A stretch of DNA of 38,206 bases from a virus: positions 1 through 38,206 of IMG/VR virus record IMGVR_UViG_3300013945_000001; one strand, given 5' to 3'. Made by a program: the position numbers and the translations under genes. Shown one piece after another: positions 1 to 8,939 of the stretch (its first letter is position 1; every line of letters starts with the position of its first letter). The notes beneath the pieces are model-generated. The model saw nothing but the letters and a program-made list of their open reading frames with translations, was not told where the DNA came from and ran no database searches.

Positions 1-279
1 TTCCACACAATAAAGTTGAATTAGGTACGCTGGTGTCAATCAAAATGCGGGTTGATTGCTGTTGAGCTCGCCCGTAATACGAGTAACTTTCTGTGCTGAT
101 GTGTCCGATTGAGGCATAAAAAAAGCGTTTAACCATAAATGAAATGGTTGAGCGCTTTTTTTATGCCTCAATCGGACACATCAGCACAGAAAGTTACTCG
201 TATTACGGGCGAGCTCAACAGCAATCAACCCGCATTTTGATTGACACCAGCGTACCTAATTCAACTTTATTGTGTGGAA
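1..279. repeat. Fold-back palindrome. Arms 1-127 and 153-279 are perfect reverse complements (position i pairs with 280-i).
   Basis: Base-by-base comparison; symmetry breaks only in 128-152. The right arm is in-frame coding sequence. Positions 1-123 have no counterpart at the other end of the window. Confidence 0.9.
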
Positions 280-308
280 TTGTAACGGTTGAACTACAGA
301 TTCAATAA
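126..308 (+). CDS. C-terminal part of the tail-completion-like protein; continues 37834..38206 across the circular junction
   Basis: Same frame as the ORF running off the window end. 38206 followed by 280 reads ...LLCGIVTVELQIQ, with stop TAA at 306-308. Confidence 0.7.
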   Translation, partial: RLTINEMVERFFYASIGHISTESYSYYGRAQQQSTRILIDTSVPNSTLLCGIVTVELQIQ

Positions 309-328
309 AGGAAAGGAAGGAAGAATAA

Positions 329-934
329 ATGCCAGAAACCAAAAATGATAGCGTGCTTAAGTTCTCCGGCGACGATGTTGTCGGTTACGTTCGTAAGCTA
401 TCCAATGCCAAAACGGAAGCAGCACAGTTAATCCCTGGGCAAACCTCGTTTGAGATTGACTTCAAGCGAGATGCCGACACAGAAGACACAAAAGATGGAG
501 GATTCCAAACTAGTTCCTCATTGGAAACTGACGTGGAAATCGACTTCATCAACAATACCTCAAAGATTGCTGACCAACTCATTGATTCGATCATGAATAA
601 TGAAGTAATGGAAATCTGGGGTGTGAACCGGAAACGCAAAAACAAAGATGGCAAGTACTATGCGTGGTACATGCGCGGAGTAGTCTCCGAAGACGACAAC
701 TCTAATGATGCAGGCGACAAGTCCGAACGTGACGTGTCGTTCGCAATTCAAGGCGTCCCTCAACGGGGATGGTTAACATTGTCTGCTGATCAACAAGCTG
801 AATTAGACTACATCTTCCGTGGCTTAGATCAAGTCACAGAAGGTGAAGACGGTACCGAAAGCAACGGCGGAACACCATGGGAAGATGCGGATGCCGGAAC
901 AAACGTGCCTGACGCAACACCATCGTCAAAATAG
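329..934 (+). CDS. Major tail protein (by position)
   Basis: 201-aa ORF with an AGGAAAGGAAGG Shine-Dalgarno (SD) sequence upstream. It lies between the head-tail joining genes and the tail chaperone pair. Confidence 0.7.
   Translation: MPETKNDSVLKFSGDDVVGYVRKLSNAKTEAAQLIPGQTSFEIDFKRDADTEDTKDGGFQTSSSLETDVEIDFINNTSKIADQLIDSIMNNEVMEIWGVNRKRKNKDGKYYAWYMRGVVSEDDNSNDAGDKSERDVSFAIQGVPQRGWLTLSADQQAELDYIFRGLDQVTEGEDGTESNGGTPWEDADAGTNVPDATPSSK
926..934 (+). promoter_or_regulatory. Candidate -1 slippage site TCA_AAA_TAG (A AAA at 928-931) at the last sense codon of the major tail protein
   Basis: The -1 frame is open from 913 through 1455. A GC-rich hairpin (945-948/955-958) lies just downstream. The downstream ORF has no SD or good start. 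Confidence 0.45.
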
Positions 935-942
935 AAGTCCCT

Positions 943-1455
943 GTGGGCGTGCGTGCCCGGCCTACCGAAACAAGGGCGGATGTACATGTAGATGAGGACG
1001 GTGTAGACCGCACAAAACAACATCTAGTCGTCTATCAATCGAATGTTGGAAAGTTTACAGGCGAACTCGGTAAAAGAATGGTGTCGATTGTTGGGATTGG
1101 AGCGGGCACGGTAGTTAACTCCGGAAATTATCAGATTGCTTGGAGCAATGGGCCTGACATTTCTGAAAAAGTGGACGTACCTGGTTTCACCGTAATAGTA
1201 CCAGTTACGGGGATAACGTTAACTAAAAGTGAATTATCAATGAACGTTGGTGACCAAACCTATATTGGTGCAGTAGTTTCACCACCTAATGCAACCAATC
1301 AAAAAATTACCTGTTCATCTACAGACGAAGCGGTGGCAACGTTTGATTACACGGGATTAGTTGTGGCAAAAGGTGTTGGTAAGGCAACGATTAAAGCTAC
1401 AACCGTTGATGGTGGTTATTCCGCAGAATGCGTGGTTACAGTTACCGAAAAATAA
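943..1455 (+). CDS. Ig-like (Big_2-type) domain ORF, probably expressed as a C-terminal extension of the major tail protein
   Basis: Sequence ITLTKSELSMNVGDQ...ATIKATTVDGGYSAECVVTV looks Big_2-like. There is no SD, and the frame is -1 relative to 329..934. Confidence 0.6.
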   Translation: MGVRARPTETRADVHVDEDGVDRTKQHLVVYQSNVGKFTGELGKRMVSIVGIGAGTVVNSGNYQIAWSNGPDISEKVDVPGFTVIVPVTGITLTKSELSMNVGDQTYIGAVVSPPNATNQKITCSSTDEAVATFDYTGLVVAKGVGKATIKATTVDGGYSAECVVTVTEK

Positions 1456-1517
1456 AACTCAGTCGCCGACGAAATGAACAATACCTACGGGGGCGGCAAT
1501 TAAAGGAGTAATAAAAC

Positions 1518-1853
1518 ATGGAAATTACAATTGGAAAGCAAAAACAAGAATTGAATTTTGGAGTTCGCTTTGTAAATGAACTTGATAATGTAATCGGAGT
1601 TAAACGCGATGGAATTTCGTTGGGCTTTGGATTGACAAAGAGTATTCCAGCGCTCCAAGCCTACGACACGGCAGTACTGGCTCAAGTCCTATACTGTGCG
1701 ACCTTCCCTAATTCACCACGGGCAAGCCTCGAATCAATCTATGATTTTATTGATAATCCAGACACTGATATTGAAGGCTTGTTCAAAGAAGTAAACAAAG
1801 AACTTAAAAAGGCTAACGCAGTTAAGTTGGCATTAAAAAACATGAAAGCCTAG
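1518..1853 (+). CDS. Tail assembly chaperone (gpG-like)
   Basis: 111-aa ORF with SD AAAGGAG, directly upstream of the tape measure gene; contains a slippery heptamer near its end. Confidence 0.7.
   Translation: MEITIGKQKQELNFGVRFVNELDNVIGVKRDGISLGFGLTKSIPALQAYDTAVLAQVLYCATFPNSPRASLESIYDFIDNPDTDIEGLFKEVNKELKKANAVKLALKNMKA
1835..1841 (+). promoter_or_regulatory. -1 slippery heptamer A_AAA_AAC for the G/GT chaperone fusion
   Basis: Zero-frame codons are TTA AAA AAC. The -1 frame is open from 1826 to 2269. Confidence 0.7.
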
Positions 1854-2269
1854 ATGGCAAACGAAAAAGATCAAGCGATGAAGAATATCGCGAAATCATT
1901 TTATTTTCGTTAGCTTATCTAGGCTTTACTTCTATCCAAGAAATTGAACGTATGACGATTAGCGAGTATTACCTGCGCTTAGAAGCCTACCAGCTTCGCA
2001 AAGTAGAAGAGCGCACCAACTTAGCACTACAAGCCTTTTTTAACCAAATGGTGCAAACACCTAAGAGCAAAAGCAATCCGCATCCGAAGTACGACCAACT
2101 TGATAAGTTATACGACGCTGAAGCTGAAATCAGTGAGATTAGGCACCAATTCGAAGGGTTACCTTCTAAGCGAATTGAAAAGCAAGAACGCAGCCGCATG
2201 ATTGCGGAGCGCTATGCTGCTTATCAAAAGATTAAGGAAAGGAGGAAGCAAAATGGCGGAAAGTTATAA
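1835..2269 (+). CDS. gpT-like extension of the tail chaperone (frameshift product GT)
   Basis: Open -1 frame continuous from the heptamer to 2269. This matches the conserved G/GT arrangement upstream of tape measure genes. Confidence 0.65.
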   Translation, partial: KKHESLDGKRKRSSDEEYREIILFSLAYLGFTSIQEIERMTISEYYLRLEAYQLRKVEERTNLALQAFFNQMVQTPKSKSNPHPKYDQLDKLYDAEAEISEIRHQFEGLPSKRIEKQERSRMIAERYAAYQKIKERRKQNGGKL

Positions 2270-4883
2270 CGTAACGGCAGTATTGAGCGCCATTGATAAA
2301 AATTTCAGCGCAATGATGAAAAAGGCTGCCGATCAGACTGCTTCCTTCTCGTCCAAGGTTGGAGCCGTTACTAGCGGGGTTGGTAAGTCAATGGCTGTTA
2401 TTGGCGGAGCAACTACTGCACTAGGTGTTAGTTCTGTTAAGTCTTTCGGTGACTTCCAAGCTTCGTTGAATAAGGCAGCTGTAACTGCTGGTGGGACGTC
2501 AAAAGACATTTCAGGACTAGCAGACGTTGCTAATAAGATGGGTGCCGACCTACCTCTATCAGCGCAAGATTCAGCGGACGCCATGATTGAGATGGCGCAA
2601 GCCGGTGCGGACGTCGGACAGATTAAGGAGCAGTTTCCTGCAATAGCCGAAGCGTCAACTGCGGCTGGTTCTGATTTAATCCAGACGGCAGGAGTTGTGC
2701 AGAATGCGATGAACATTTGGGGTGATAGCCTCGAATCGCCAAAACAAGCTGCGGCGGCATTAACATTAACCGCCAATGCAAGTAATGCCTCAATTGAGGA
2801 CATGCAACAAGCGCTAGCAACAATTGGTGGTACCGCGAAAGCGTCCAACATGAGTTTACAAACCACATCTACAGCCATTGGGCTATTAACTAACCGTGGT
2901 TATAGTGCGGCTCAAGCTTCTGATGATTTGAATCATGCTATTTTGCAAATGCAAGCTCCTAGCAAAGTAGCGCAAAATGCTATGCAGAATTTAGGGATTA
3001 GCTTCACTGACGCCCAAGGAAACATGAAGCCATTCCCTACAATCCTTCAAGAAATTAGCAAGTCAATGGACGGGATGACATCGTCTGAAAAGCAAAAAAA
3101 TCTTAAAGCACTGTTTGGTACTGCCGGAATGCAAGCAATTGGACCGTTACTTGATTCAATTAATGATAAATCAGGCTCTGTTACCAAGTCGTGGGACGGC
3201 ATGTTTCAAGAAATTCAAAACGGATCTTACAGTGCCTCGGCGGCATCAAAAACTTTAAGTACGCAAGCATCAGAAATGCAGAAAAATGTTGGCTCTAAAA
3301 TTGAGCAAATAGGCGGTAACTGGGAAGCTTTACGAAACAAGGCTATGGATAGCAAAAACGGCGTTGTCGGTGCCATGATTGACATGATCAATAATACTAT
3401 TACGTGGGCGACAACTTCTAATTCATGGATCGCAAAAGTTATTCGTGGTTTTGTTGGGCTGTCGCCTGTATTAGGGCCGGTGTTACTGGCGTTCAGTGCA
3501 CTGACAATTGTTATTGGTAAGGTAATCTCTTCGGCACAAGCAATTGCTGGTGCTTTTAGCGGGATTGGAGCGGTGCTTACTAATCCGTGGTTCATTGCAA
3601 TAGCTGCAATTGCCGCCGCTGGTGTAGCTTTGTGGGCGTTCTTTACTAAAACCGAACAAGGCAAAGCTATTTGGCAATCATTTTCAACTTTTTTGATTGG
3701 ACTGTGGAATGCAATTAGTCCAGCATTGATTGCGACTTGGAACGCACTATCCGCGGCTTTTGCGGCAACTTGGCAAGCACTAGTTACAATTATTCAGCCT
3801 ATTATCCAGTCAATCATTACCATCTTTACGCAATTGGCACCAATTCTAGTACCGATTATTCAGGGGCTGGGGCTTATTCTAGTAACTACGTTTACTGGAA
3901 TAGTTACAGGAGTGGCTGGCATCTTACAGGTACTATTAACGGTTATTTCTGGGACTTTGACCGTAATTGCGACTGTATGGAGCGCTGTCTGGAACAGCAT
4001 GAGTGCAGTAGTGGGCACAATCTTTACTGTAATTGGTGCACTGATTTCTACTGCGCTTCAAGTAATTGTCGGTGTAATCACAGTAGCTCTTGACCTCATC
4101 ACTGGTAATTGGAGTGGTGCATGGAACGCCATTAAAGGCATAGCTAGTGCAGTTTGGAATGGTATTAAGACAATCATTTCAAGCGTCCTATCGACAATTA
4201 AGACTATTATCATGTCTGGTGTTAGTGTAATTAAAGCGATTTGGAACGCTGGCATTAACGCATTAAAAGCTGTAGTTACTGCTGTCTGGAATTCTATTAA
4301 GGCAGTGTTTAATGCTGGAGTAGCTTTTATTAAATCAGTCGTCCATATTGATTTAGGCAAGGAAGGTGAAGCAATTATGAATAGCTTCTTGAATGGCCTT
4401 AAACGAATATGGACGAGTGTAAAAGACTTTGTTGGCGGAATTGGAAGTTGGATTAAACAACACAAAGGACCAATTAGCTACGATAGACGTCTCTTAATCC
4501 CTCATGGTAAAGCTATCATGCTTGGATTCAACGAAGGATTGATGAAGCAGTTCAGCAATGTACAGAGCAACGTTACTGCAATGGCAGGACAGGTAGCTGA
4601 TAGCATGCAGTTTACGATGCCTTCGATTGATGCTTCAAACATGAACAATAGTCTCCGTAGAGTTCAGTCACTATCATCGAACACCTTTGGCGCCAACTTT
4701 AGTGGCACGGTTGCCTTGCAAGATTCGACCGTAGGACAACAAAACAACTTGCTTTTGAGAAAAATAGCTAACAAGCAACAAGCTATCTATCTTGACGGTG
4801 ATGCCCTAGTTGGTAGGACGTATACACGCACAGATTCGGCACTCGGTAATCATGCTGATCTTAATGAAAGGTGGGGACGCTAA
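2253..4883 (+). CDS. Tape measure protein
   Basis: ATG at 2253 follows SD AAGGAAAGGAGGAAG. 876 aa with a long hydrophobic W/A/I-rich repeat core, typical of tape measure proteins. Confidence 0.85.
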   Translation: MAESYNVTAVLSAIDKNFSAMMKKAADQTASFSSKVGAVTSGVGKSMAVIGGATTALGVSSVKSFGDFQASLNKAAVTAGGTSKDISGLADVANKMGADLPLSAQDSADAMIEMAQAGADVGQIKEQFPAIAEASTAAGSDLIQTAGVVQNAMNIWGDSLESPKQAAAALTLTANASNASIEDMQQALATIGGTAKASNMSLQTTSTAIGLLTNRGYSAAQASDDLNHAILQMQAPSKVAQNAMQNLGISFTDAQGNMKPFPTILQEISKSMDGMTSSEKQKNLKALFGTAGMQAIGPLLDSINDKSGSVTKSWDGMFQEIQNGSYSASAASKTLSTQASEMQKNVGSKIEQIGGNWEALRNKAMDSKNGVVGAMIDMINNTITWATTSNSWIAKVIRGFVGLSPVLGPVLLAFSALTIVIGKVISSAQAIAGAFSGIGAVLTNPWFIAIAAIAAAGVALWAFFTKTEQGKAIWQSFSTFLIGLWNAISPALIATWNALSAAFAATWQALVTIIQPIIQSIITIFTQLAPILVPIIQGLGLILVTTFTGIVTGVAGILQVLLTVISGTLTVIATVWSAVWNSMSAVVGTIFTVIGALISTALQVIVGVITVALDLITGNWSGAWNAIKGIASAVWNGIKTIISSVLSTIKTIIMSGVSVIKAIWNAGINALKAVVTAVWNSIKAVFNAGVAFIKSVVHIDLGKEGEAIMNSFLNGLKRIWTSVKDFVGGIGSWIKQHKGPISYDRRLLIPHGKAIMLGFNEGLMKQFSNVQSNVTAMAGQVADSMQFTMPSIDASNMNNSLRRVQSLSSNTFGANFSGTVALQDSTVGQQNNLLLRKIANKQQAIYLDGDALVGRTYTRTDSALGNHADLNERWGR

Positions 4884-5644
4884 TGCAATATCGTTTCAGA
4901 GATTTACAACCTACGCTTAGAGATACATTTGATGAAATTCCAGAGGAAGGCTTTGCATTCGGTGATTTCGATAGCCGAAAAGCAGGGCTTTTTTTAGTTG
5001 AACGCACGGCTCCTACGCCAGAAGAAAAAGAGATCACCGAGAGTGTGCCTTATATGCAGGGTGTTTACGATTTTTCAATGTATCAAAACGAGCGCTTTTT
5101 CGAAAATCGAGAAATCACGTATAAGTTAGTTATCCCAATCGGGGTCTATCACGATCGAAAAGGCGTTGAACAAGATATCAAGCGACAGCTAATGCCTTTG
5201 GGACGACAAGCGTTAATTGACACTCACGAGGAAGTCTATTACTGGATTGGCAAATGTAAAAGCGTTGAAGCTGACGACGATTCAGAAAAAGGACTGCTGA
5301 CCGTCACGGTAGTATTTGATTGCTACCCGTTTGCCTTTACAAACAATCTCGAAGGTGCAGACGTTTGGGATGAAGTTTATTTCGACCATTGGATTTGGCA
5401 ACCCGTCAAATTTAATGTTAACGGAAAGCAAGGTATCCAGTTAGAAAATATAGGGTCGCATAAGGTGATGAGTAATTTTAAAGTGACTGGCAAAGTGACT
5501 ATTAAAGGTGCGTTTGGCACGAAAACCTTAGATGATAAGACGGATGAAAAATCGTCAATCCCAATTCAGGTAGGGACTAACAAGATAACGCTTGATGGCA
5601 AAGGCACGATTTGGTTTAAATTTAGAAGAGAGGAGCTTTTGTAG
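4883..5644 (+). CDS. Distal tail protein (Dit-like)
   Basis: ATG overlaps the tape measure stop (TAATG). The position between the tape measure and Tal genes supports the call. Confidence 0.65.
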   Translation: MQYRFRDLQPTLRDTFDEIPEEGFAFGDFDSRKAGLFLVERTAPTPEEKEITESVPYMQGVYDFSMYQNERFFENREITYKLVIPIGVYHDRKGVEQDIKRQLMPLGRQALIDTHEEVYYWIGKCKSVEADDDSEKGLLTVTVVFDCYPFAFTNNLEGADVWDEVYFDHWIWQPVKFNVNGKQGIQLENIGSHKVMSNFKVTGKVTIKGAFGTKTLDDKTDEKSSIPIQVGTNKITLDGKGTIWFKFRREELL

Positions 5645-8625
5645 TGTACAAGATAATAGCGTACAATGAGCCGACTGATACAGCGGGCTTCGTGATTCAT
5701 GACCCCGCTGTTAATGAATCGGTTAGTGAAGGCAAGCTAAATCTTAAGCAGTCCGATGTTAACGATCTATCGCTAACCATCAATCAAGATAACCCTCTCT
5801 TCGGCAATGTGAGACCAATGCACACGCACGTTGAGGTCTACGACGATGATAAGCTTATCTTTCGGGGGCGAGCGTTAAAGCCTACGCGAGAGATGAAAGA
5901 TTCCGGACAATTTCTGCAGACCTATGTGTTTGAAGACATTTCAAGCTACCTAATCGACAGCGTTCAGCGCTTTTTAGAAGTTAGAAACGCAACGCCTAAG
6001 CAATTTCTGGAGAAGGTTGTTGAGGAGCACAATACTCAAGTACCGGCTTATAAGCAGTTCAATCTAAGAACTGTAACGGTTGATAATAGCAAGGATAACG
6101 CACTCCGAACAATTGACTATGCCACAACCCAAGAAACCATTAAGAAGCTACTAACGGATTCCGTTGGTGGCTTTTTGATTACTGAATATAAGGACGGTAA
6201 GAACTACCTGGATTACCTTAAGGCACCGGGCAAGGACCATAACAACGACACACCAATTCGCATTACCGAAAACATGCAATCGGCAAGCGTTACGATTGAC
6301 CCGTCTAAGGTAATTACTAGATTGATTCCGCTAGGTGCACAGATCGAGACCCAGAACCCGGATAAAAAGAATGATGATAGTTCGGACGATGGGACTAAGT
6401 TAAGCGGTCCAATGCATGCTGTTAATGGTGACTGGGGGCCAGCGATTAAGTTTGCGGCACAATGTATGAACACTAAGGTGACCAACGCCCAAGTTGCTAC
6501 TATCAAAAATGTTATTCAACATGAGTCCGGTGGTAGCGAGACAGTGGTTAATAACTGGGATTCTAACGCTGCAGCTGGGCACCCAAGCAAGGGACTACTG
6601 CAATTCATTGACACGACTTTTAAGGCGTACGCTATCGAAGGCTATACCGATATTCTCAAAGGCTTCCACCAACTGTTGGCGATGTTCAATGATTCCAATT
6701 GGGCTAGTGATGTCCATACTGGTGGATGGGGGCCCACCGGTAAGCGTCGTTATGATAAATTACCAGTTGAAATTGTTGCTAGCGGAGGTGGTAATTGGGG
6801 GTCTCCGTTCCCTTCTGTCGGACACGTAGCATTCGAAAGCGGACAACTTTTCGGCGTTCACCCTGGAGGAGAATTCCGACAAAATGGCTTCCATGACGGC
6901 TTAGACTTTGGGACGGCTAAGTATCCCGGCACCGACGTTCACGCCGTCCATGGCGGTAGAGTAACGCATAAGGGCTACATGGGTGGATTGGCATACTACT
7001 TCGTCACCCATTCCGATGATGGCTACAATGTGGTCTATCAGGAAGCATTCGGCAGTAGTAGCAACATCAAGGTTAAGATTGGAGATTACGTTAAGACTGG
7101 CCAAGTAGTCGGCAGACGGACAACCAATCACCTTCATGTTGGTGTGACAAAAAAGGACTTCAACTACGCAGTTGCACACTCGTTTACCAATAATGGTACA
7201 TGGATTGACCCGGAGCCGTTAATTTTTGGATCAAAAAAGAGAAGAATGTTGAGGGCTGAACAGGTAGTTGCTGATTCGCCGTTAGCTAAGCGGGTAGTTG
7301 CTGATTCGCCGTTAGCTAAGCAAGCACTTGACATTGAAGCTGGGGTAAAGCTGTTCGAAGCGGCAAAGTCTTCACATTTAAAATATGAGACCAACTACCT
7401 CCGCGCGGACATCTTGTCTAATCAAGCGCACGGCGATTGTTCATCGTTTGTGAGTTACTTTCTAGAGTTGGCAGTACACGAAACTGATCGAACGCTCTAC
7501 ACAACCGACACGTTGCACGGATTTTTGAAAAAACATGGCTATGCACTGCATTACGAGGGCAACACTAAGACGCTCCCAGCATTGCAAACTGGCGATGTTT
7601 TTATTTTGGGCAAAAAAGGAGCTCAACCGAGCCATACCGCAGTAATGAAGGACGCGGATACGTTATTAGAGTGCGCGCAAGGTTGGAGCAATGGTTATGA
7701 CCAAGGTGGCGCCGACATGTTTGAACATGGTAAATCCGGTGATGAGAATTTAGCTGCTTGGTGGAAACGGAATTCACAAGGTTGGAAGGGCGAATGGTAC
7801 TGGTACCTATACCGTTTTGGCGGAAATATACCAGAGCAAGAATCGGGTGACCAAAAGGGCGGAACGATTAAATCCGGTGTCCGTTATACCATTGCGCCGG
7901 TTAACGATGGTAAGGATTACCTTGAGATTCCCGATTTTCAAAAAGAGTTCGGGATCATTAATGGTGCTGTCACGTGGGATGATGTTAAGGATCCGAACGA
8001 GCTATTGAGTAAGGCTAAGGCTTGGATCAGGAACCAAAAAGCGTCAACCAACTCTTGGAACATCTCGGCATTAGAGTTGCCGGACTACGACCACTTTAAG
8101 GTTTACGATCGCTACTTATTCGTTAATCCGTACGTAGCTGACACGCAGTTACTGACGGTGGTTAGCAAGGAGATCGACATTACCAATCCATTTAAGTCCA
8201 CGCTAACAATTGGCGATAAGACGCCAAAGTTGACCGATTACCAGAACGAAAATCGAAATATATCCAAAGAAGTTTCAAAGCTGGCAAGCACAGTCACAAC
8301 TATCTCTGGTGATGTTTCTGCCATGCGTGGTGGTGCGGGTAACTCTAGCAGTCAACTGCAAACAATCTACGACCGGTTAGGCAATACCAACGTGCCACAG
8401 TTGCAGAAAGACGTTGAAGGTATCCAAGATTTCAGCAAAAAAGCCGATGAACGATTGACTACCGCTGAAACGGACCTGAAAACTGTAAAAGAAGATGACG
8501 AATCGACTAAACAGACACTAGCAGATTATCAGCAGACGTTAGCAAAATATCAGCAGACGATTGCTGATTTAGATGAACGATTGAAGAAATTAGAAGGGGG
8601 TAATGATAGTGGTACAGGTGTATAA
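5644..8625 (+). CDS. Tail-associated lysin (Tal) with three peptidoglycan hydrolase-like domains and a C-terminal coiled coil
   Basis: GTG start overlaps the Dit stop. Motifs: QHESGG...GLLQF (lytic transglycosylase-like); HDGLD...HLHVG (M23); GDCSSFV...SHTAVM (NlpC/P60-like). Confidence 0.8.
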   Translation: MYKIIAYNEPTDTAGFVIHDPAVNESVSEGKLNLKQSDVNDLSLTINQDNPLFGNVRPMHTHVEVYDDDKLIFRGRALKPTREMKDSGQFLQTYVFEDISSYLIDSVQRFLEVRNATPKQFLEKVVEEHNTQVPAYKQFNLRTVTVDNSKDNALRTIDYATTQETIKKLLTDSVGGFLITEYKDGKNYLDYLKAPGKDHNNDTPIRITENMQSASVTIDPSKVITRLIPLGAQIETQNPDKKNDDSSDDGTKLSGPMHAVNGDWGPAIKFAAQCMNTKVTNAQVATIKNVIQHESGGSETVVNNWDSNAAAGHPSKGLLQFIDTTFKAYAIEGYTDILKGFHQLLAMFNDSNWASDVHTGGWGPTGKRRYDKLPVEIVASGGGNWGSPFPSVGHVAFESGQLFGVHPGGEFRQNGFHDGLDFGTAKYPGTDVHAVHGGRVTHKGYMGGLAYYFVTHSDDGYNVVYQEAFGSSSNIKVKIGDYVKTGQVVGRRTTNHLHVGVTKKDFNYAVAHSFTNNGTWIDPEPLIFGSKKRRMLRAEQVVADSPLAKRVVADSPLAKQALDIEAGVKLFEAAKSSHLKYETNYLRADILSNQAHGDCSSFVSYFLELAVHETDRTLYTTDTLHGFLKKHGYALHYEGNTKTLPALQTGDVFILGKKGAQPSHTAVMKDADTLLECAQGWSNGYDQGGADMFEHGKSGDENLAAWWKRNSQGWKGEWYWYLYRFGGNIPEQESGDQKGGTIKSGVRYTIAPVNDGKDYLEIPDFQKEFGIINGAVTWDDVKDPNELLSKAKAWIRNQKASTNSWNISALELPDYDHFKVYDRYLFVNPYVADTQLLTVVSKEIDITNPFKSTLTIGDKTPKLTDYQNENRNISKEVSKLASTVTTISGDVSAMRGGAGNSSSQLQTIYDRLGNTNVPQLQKDVEGIQDFSKKADERLTTAETDLKTVKEDDESTKQTLADYQQTLAKYQQTIADLDERLKKLEGGNDSGTGV
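7261..7320 (+). repeat. 30-bp tandem in-frame duplication (29/30 identical) encoding QVVADSPLAK/RVVADSPLAK
   Basis: Read directly. It lies in the linker between the M23 and NlpC/P60-like domains of Tal. Confidence 0.95.
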
Positions 8626-8938
8626 AGATATCACTCAAATGGAAGCTGATATTGATACTATTAAAGACGCAATCGAAGCTGTTCAGAATGCGCATTATGG
8701 AGTTGATATGCGAGTTGCGATTAAACGTGGATTTGAAATCATCAATGGGCTGGTTACAAATGGAAATTTAGTTACCCAAGATGATCTTGATACAGCAATC
8801 GATGAGCTTAGCAAAGCGATCGATTCTAAGTTAGAACAACAGGATTTAAATATCAAACAAATTGTAGCAGCGTTACAAAAATTTGAAGTTCCAATCGAAT
8901 GGGATGGCGAAAACATAGTGATAAGAGAGGACGTTTAA
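8603..8938 (+). CDS. Hypothetical tail/baseplate protein (start uncertain; alternative ATG at 8639)
   Basis: 111-aa ORF between Tal and the receptor-binding protein. Its 5' end overlaps the Tal stop. Confidence 0.5.
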   Translation: MIVVQVYKDITQMEADIDTIKDAIEAVQNAHYGVDMRVAIKRGFEIINGLVTNGNLVTQDDLDTAIDELSKAIDSKLEQQDLNIKQIVAALQKFEVPIEWDGENIVIREDV

Positions 8939-8939
8939 T

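Noticed and set aside
1-279. Hairpin telomere or telRL-type palindrome of a linear plasmid-prophage
   Set aside because: The arms are exactly 127 nt and consist of ordinary coding sequence. The other end of the window is a direct rather than an inverted copy. No protelomerase-like gene is present. An assembly fold-back explains all of this.
2333-4465. Several antisense or alternative-frame ORFs inside the tape measure gene (2333..2878, 2623..2868, 3227..3664, 3483..3677, 3737..4093, 4058..4465)
   Set aside because: They arise from repetitive, compositionally biased tape measure sequence. None has an SD, and their compositions are low-complexity.
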